DNA from: Bosea sp. (in: a-proteobacteria)
GTDB lineage: Bacteria; Pseudomonadota; Alphaproteobacteria; Rhizobiales; Beijerinckiaceae
DNA length: 64,000 bases
Direction of reading: 5' to 3'
Assembly (NCBI GenBank): GCA_023910605.1
Contig: JAAVVV010000001.1
Coordinates: 422,698 to 486,697 of the forward strand
This document shows, one piece after another, positions 63,498-64,000 of this stretch (positions within the stretch are counted from its first letter, which is position 1; each line of letters starts with the position of its first letter). A program made the position numbers and the translations under genes. A model generated the notes under the pieces. It did no database searches. It saw only the letters and a list, made by a program, of their open reading frames with translations, and was not told the DNA's origin.

Positions 63498-64000
63498 ATG
63501 CGCATCCTGGCGATCGACACCGCGCTTGGCTCCTGCGCCGCCTGCGTCCTGGAATCGGGCGCGTCGGAGCCGCTCGCCGCCGAGCAGCTTCTTCTCGAGC
63601 GCGGCCATGCCGAAGCGCTGATGCCGATGCTGGCGCGGGTGATGGAACGCGTCGATGGCGGCTTTTCCTCGCTCTCGCGCGTGGCGGTCACGGTCGGTCC
63701 CGGCAGCTTCACGGGATTGCGCGTGGGCCTGTCAGCGGCGCGGGCCATCGGCCTGTCCGCCGCATTGCCGGTGGTGGGGGTCAGCACGCTGGCAGCCTAT
63801 TGCGCGGCCATGATGGGGCGCGAGGCCGGGCGCATTGCTGCGGCCGCCATCGACGCCCGTCACGGCACTGTCTATTTTCAGGCCATCGCGCCCGGCGGCG
63901 TGGCGCTCGGCCCGGCCTGCCAGTGCAGCTGCAGGGACGCCGTCCGGCTGATCGGCGCAGGCCCGGTCAGCCTGGCCGGCTCGGGCGCCACGCAGGTGGC
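63498..64000 (+). CDS. tsaB: tRNA t6A biosynthesis protein TsaB (partial; runs off window)
   Basis: MRILAIDTA, RGHAEALMPM and VTVGPGSFTGLRVG. Confidence 0.93.
   Translation, partial: MRILAIDTALGSCAACVLESGASEPLAAEQLLLERGHAEALMPMLARVMERVDGGFSSLSRVAVTVGPGSFTGLRVGLSAARAIGLSAALPVVGVSTLAAYCAAMMGREAGRIAAAAIDARHGTVYFQAIAPGGVALGPACQCSCRDAVRLIGAGPVSLAGSGATQV

Overview
This is a high-GC alphaproteobacterial chromosome segment, Hyphomicrobiales/Rhizobiales-like by gene content and order, and it is almost entirely core genome. It spans the replication-origin region: a predicted oriC between hemE and the PEP-synthase regulatory kinase gene, two parS sites, and the mnmE-mnmG-rsmG-parA-parB block. It also carries the lipid A very-long-chain fatty acid (acpXL) cluster, acnA/ccmABCDG, ftsY, tesA-ybbAP, the large NAD-GDH, glnK-amtB, ftsK-lolA-xth, cenR, leuS-lptE-holA, maf-aroE-coaE-dnaQ, secB, tim44-mltA-smr-xre, nfuA and tsaB. 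I found no CRISPR array, IS/transposase, prophage, tRNA or rRNA, and I cannot support a clearly new multi-gene system. The best leads are non-coding or compositional: (i) an AT-shifted zone centred on the parS sites, (ii) two structured intergenic candidate small RNAs (about 21650-21803 and 36186-36320), (iii) a frameshifted GNAT pseudogene not in the ORF track, (iv) an in-frame (ADPIL)4 tandem expansion in the FAD-binding fold of a UbiH-type hydroxylase, and (v) a chain-length-factor-like FabF2XL. All product calls come from motif and family recognition by eye; no database search was run.
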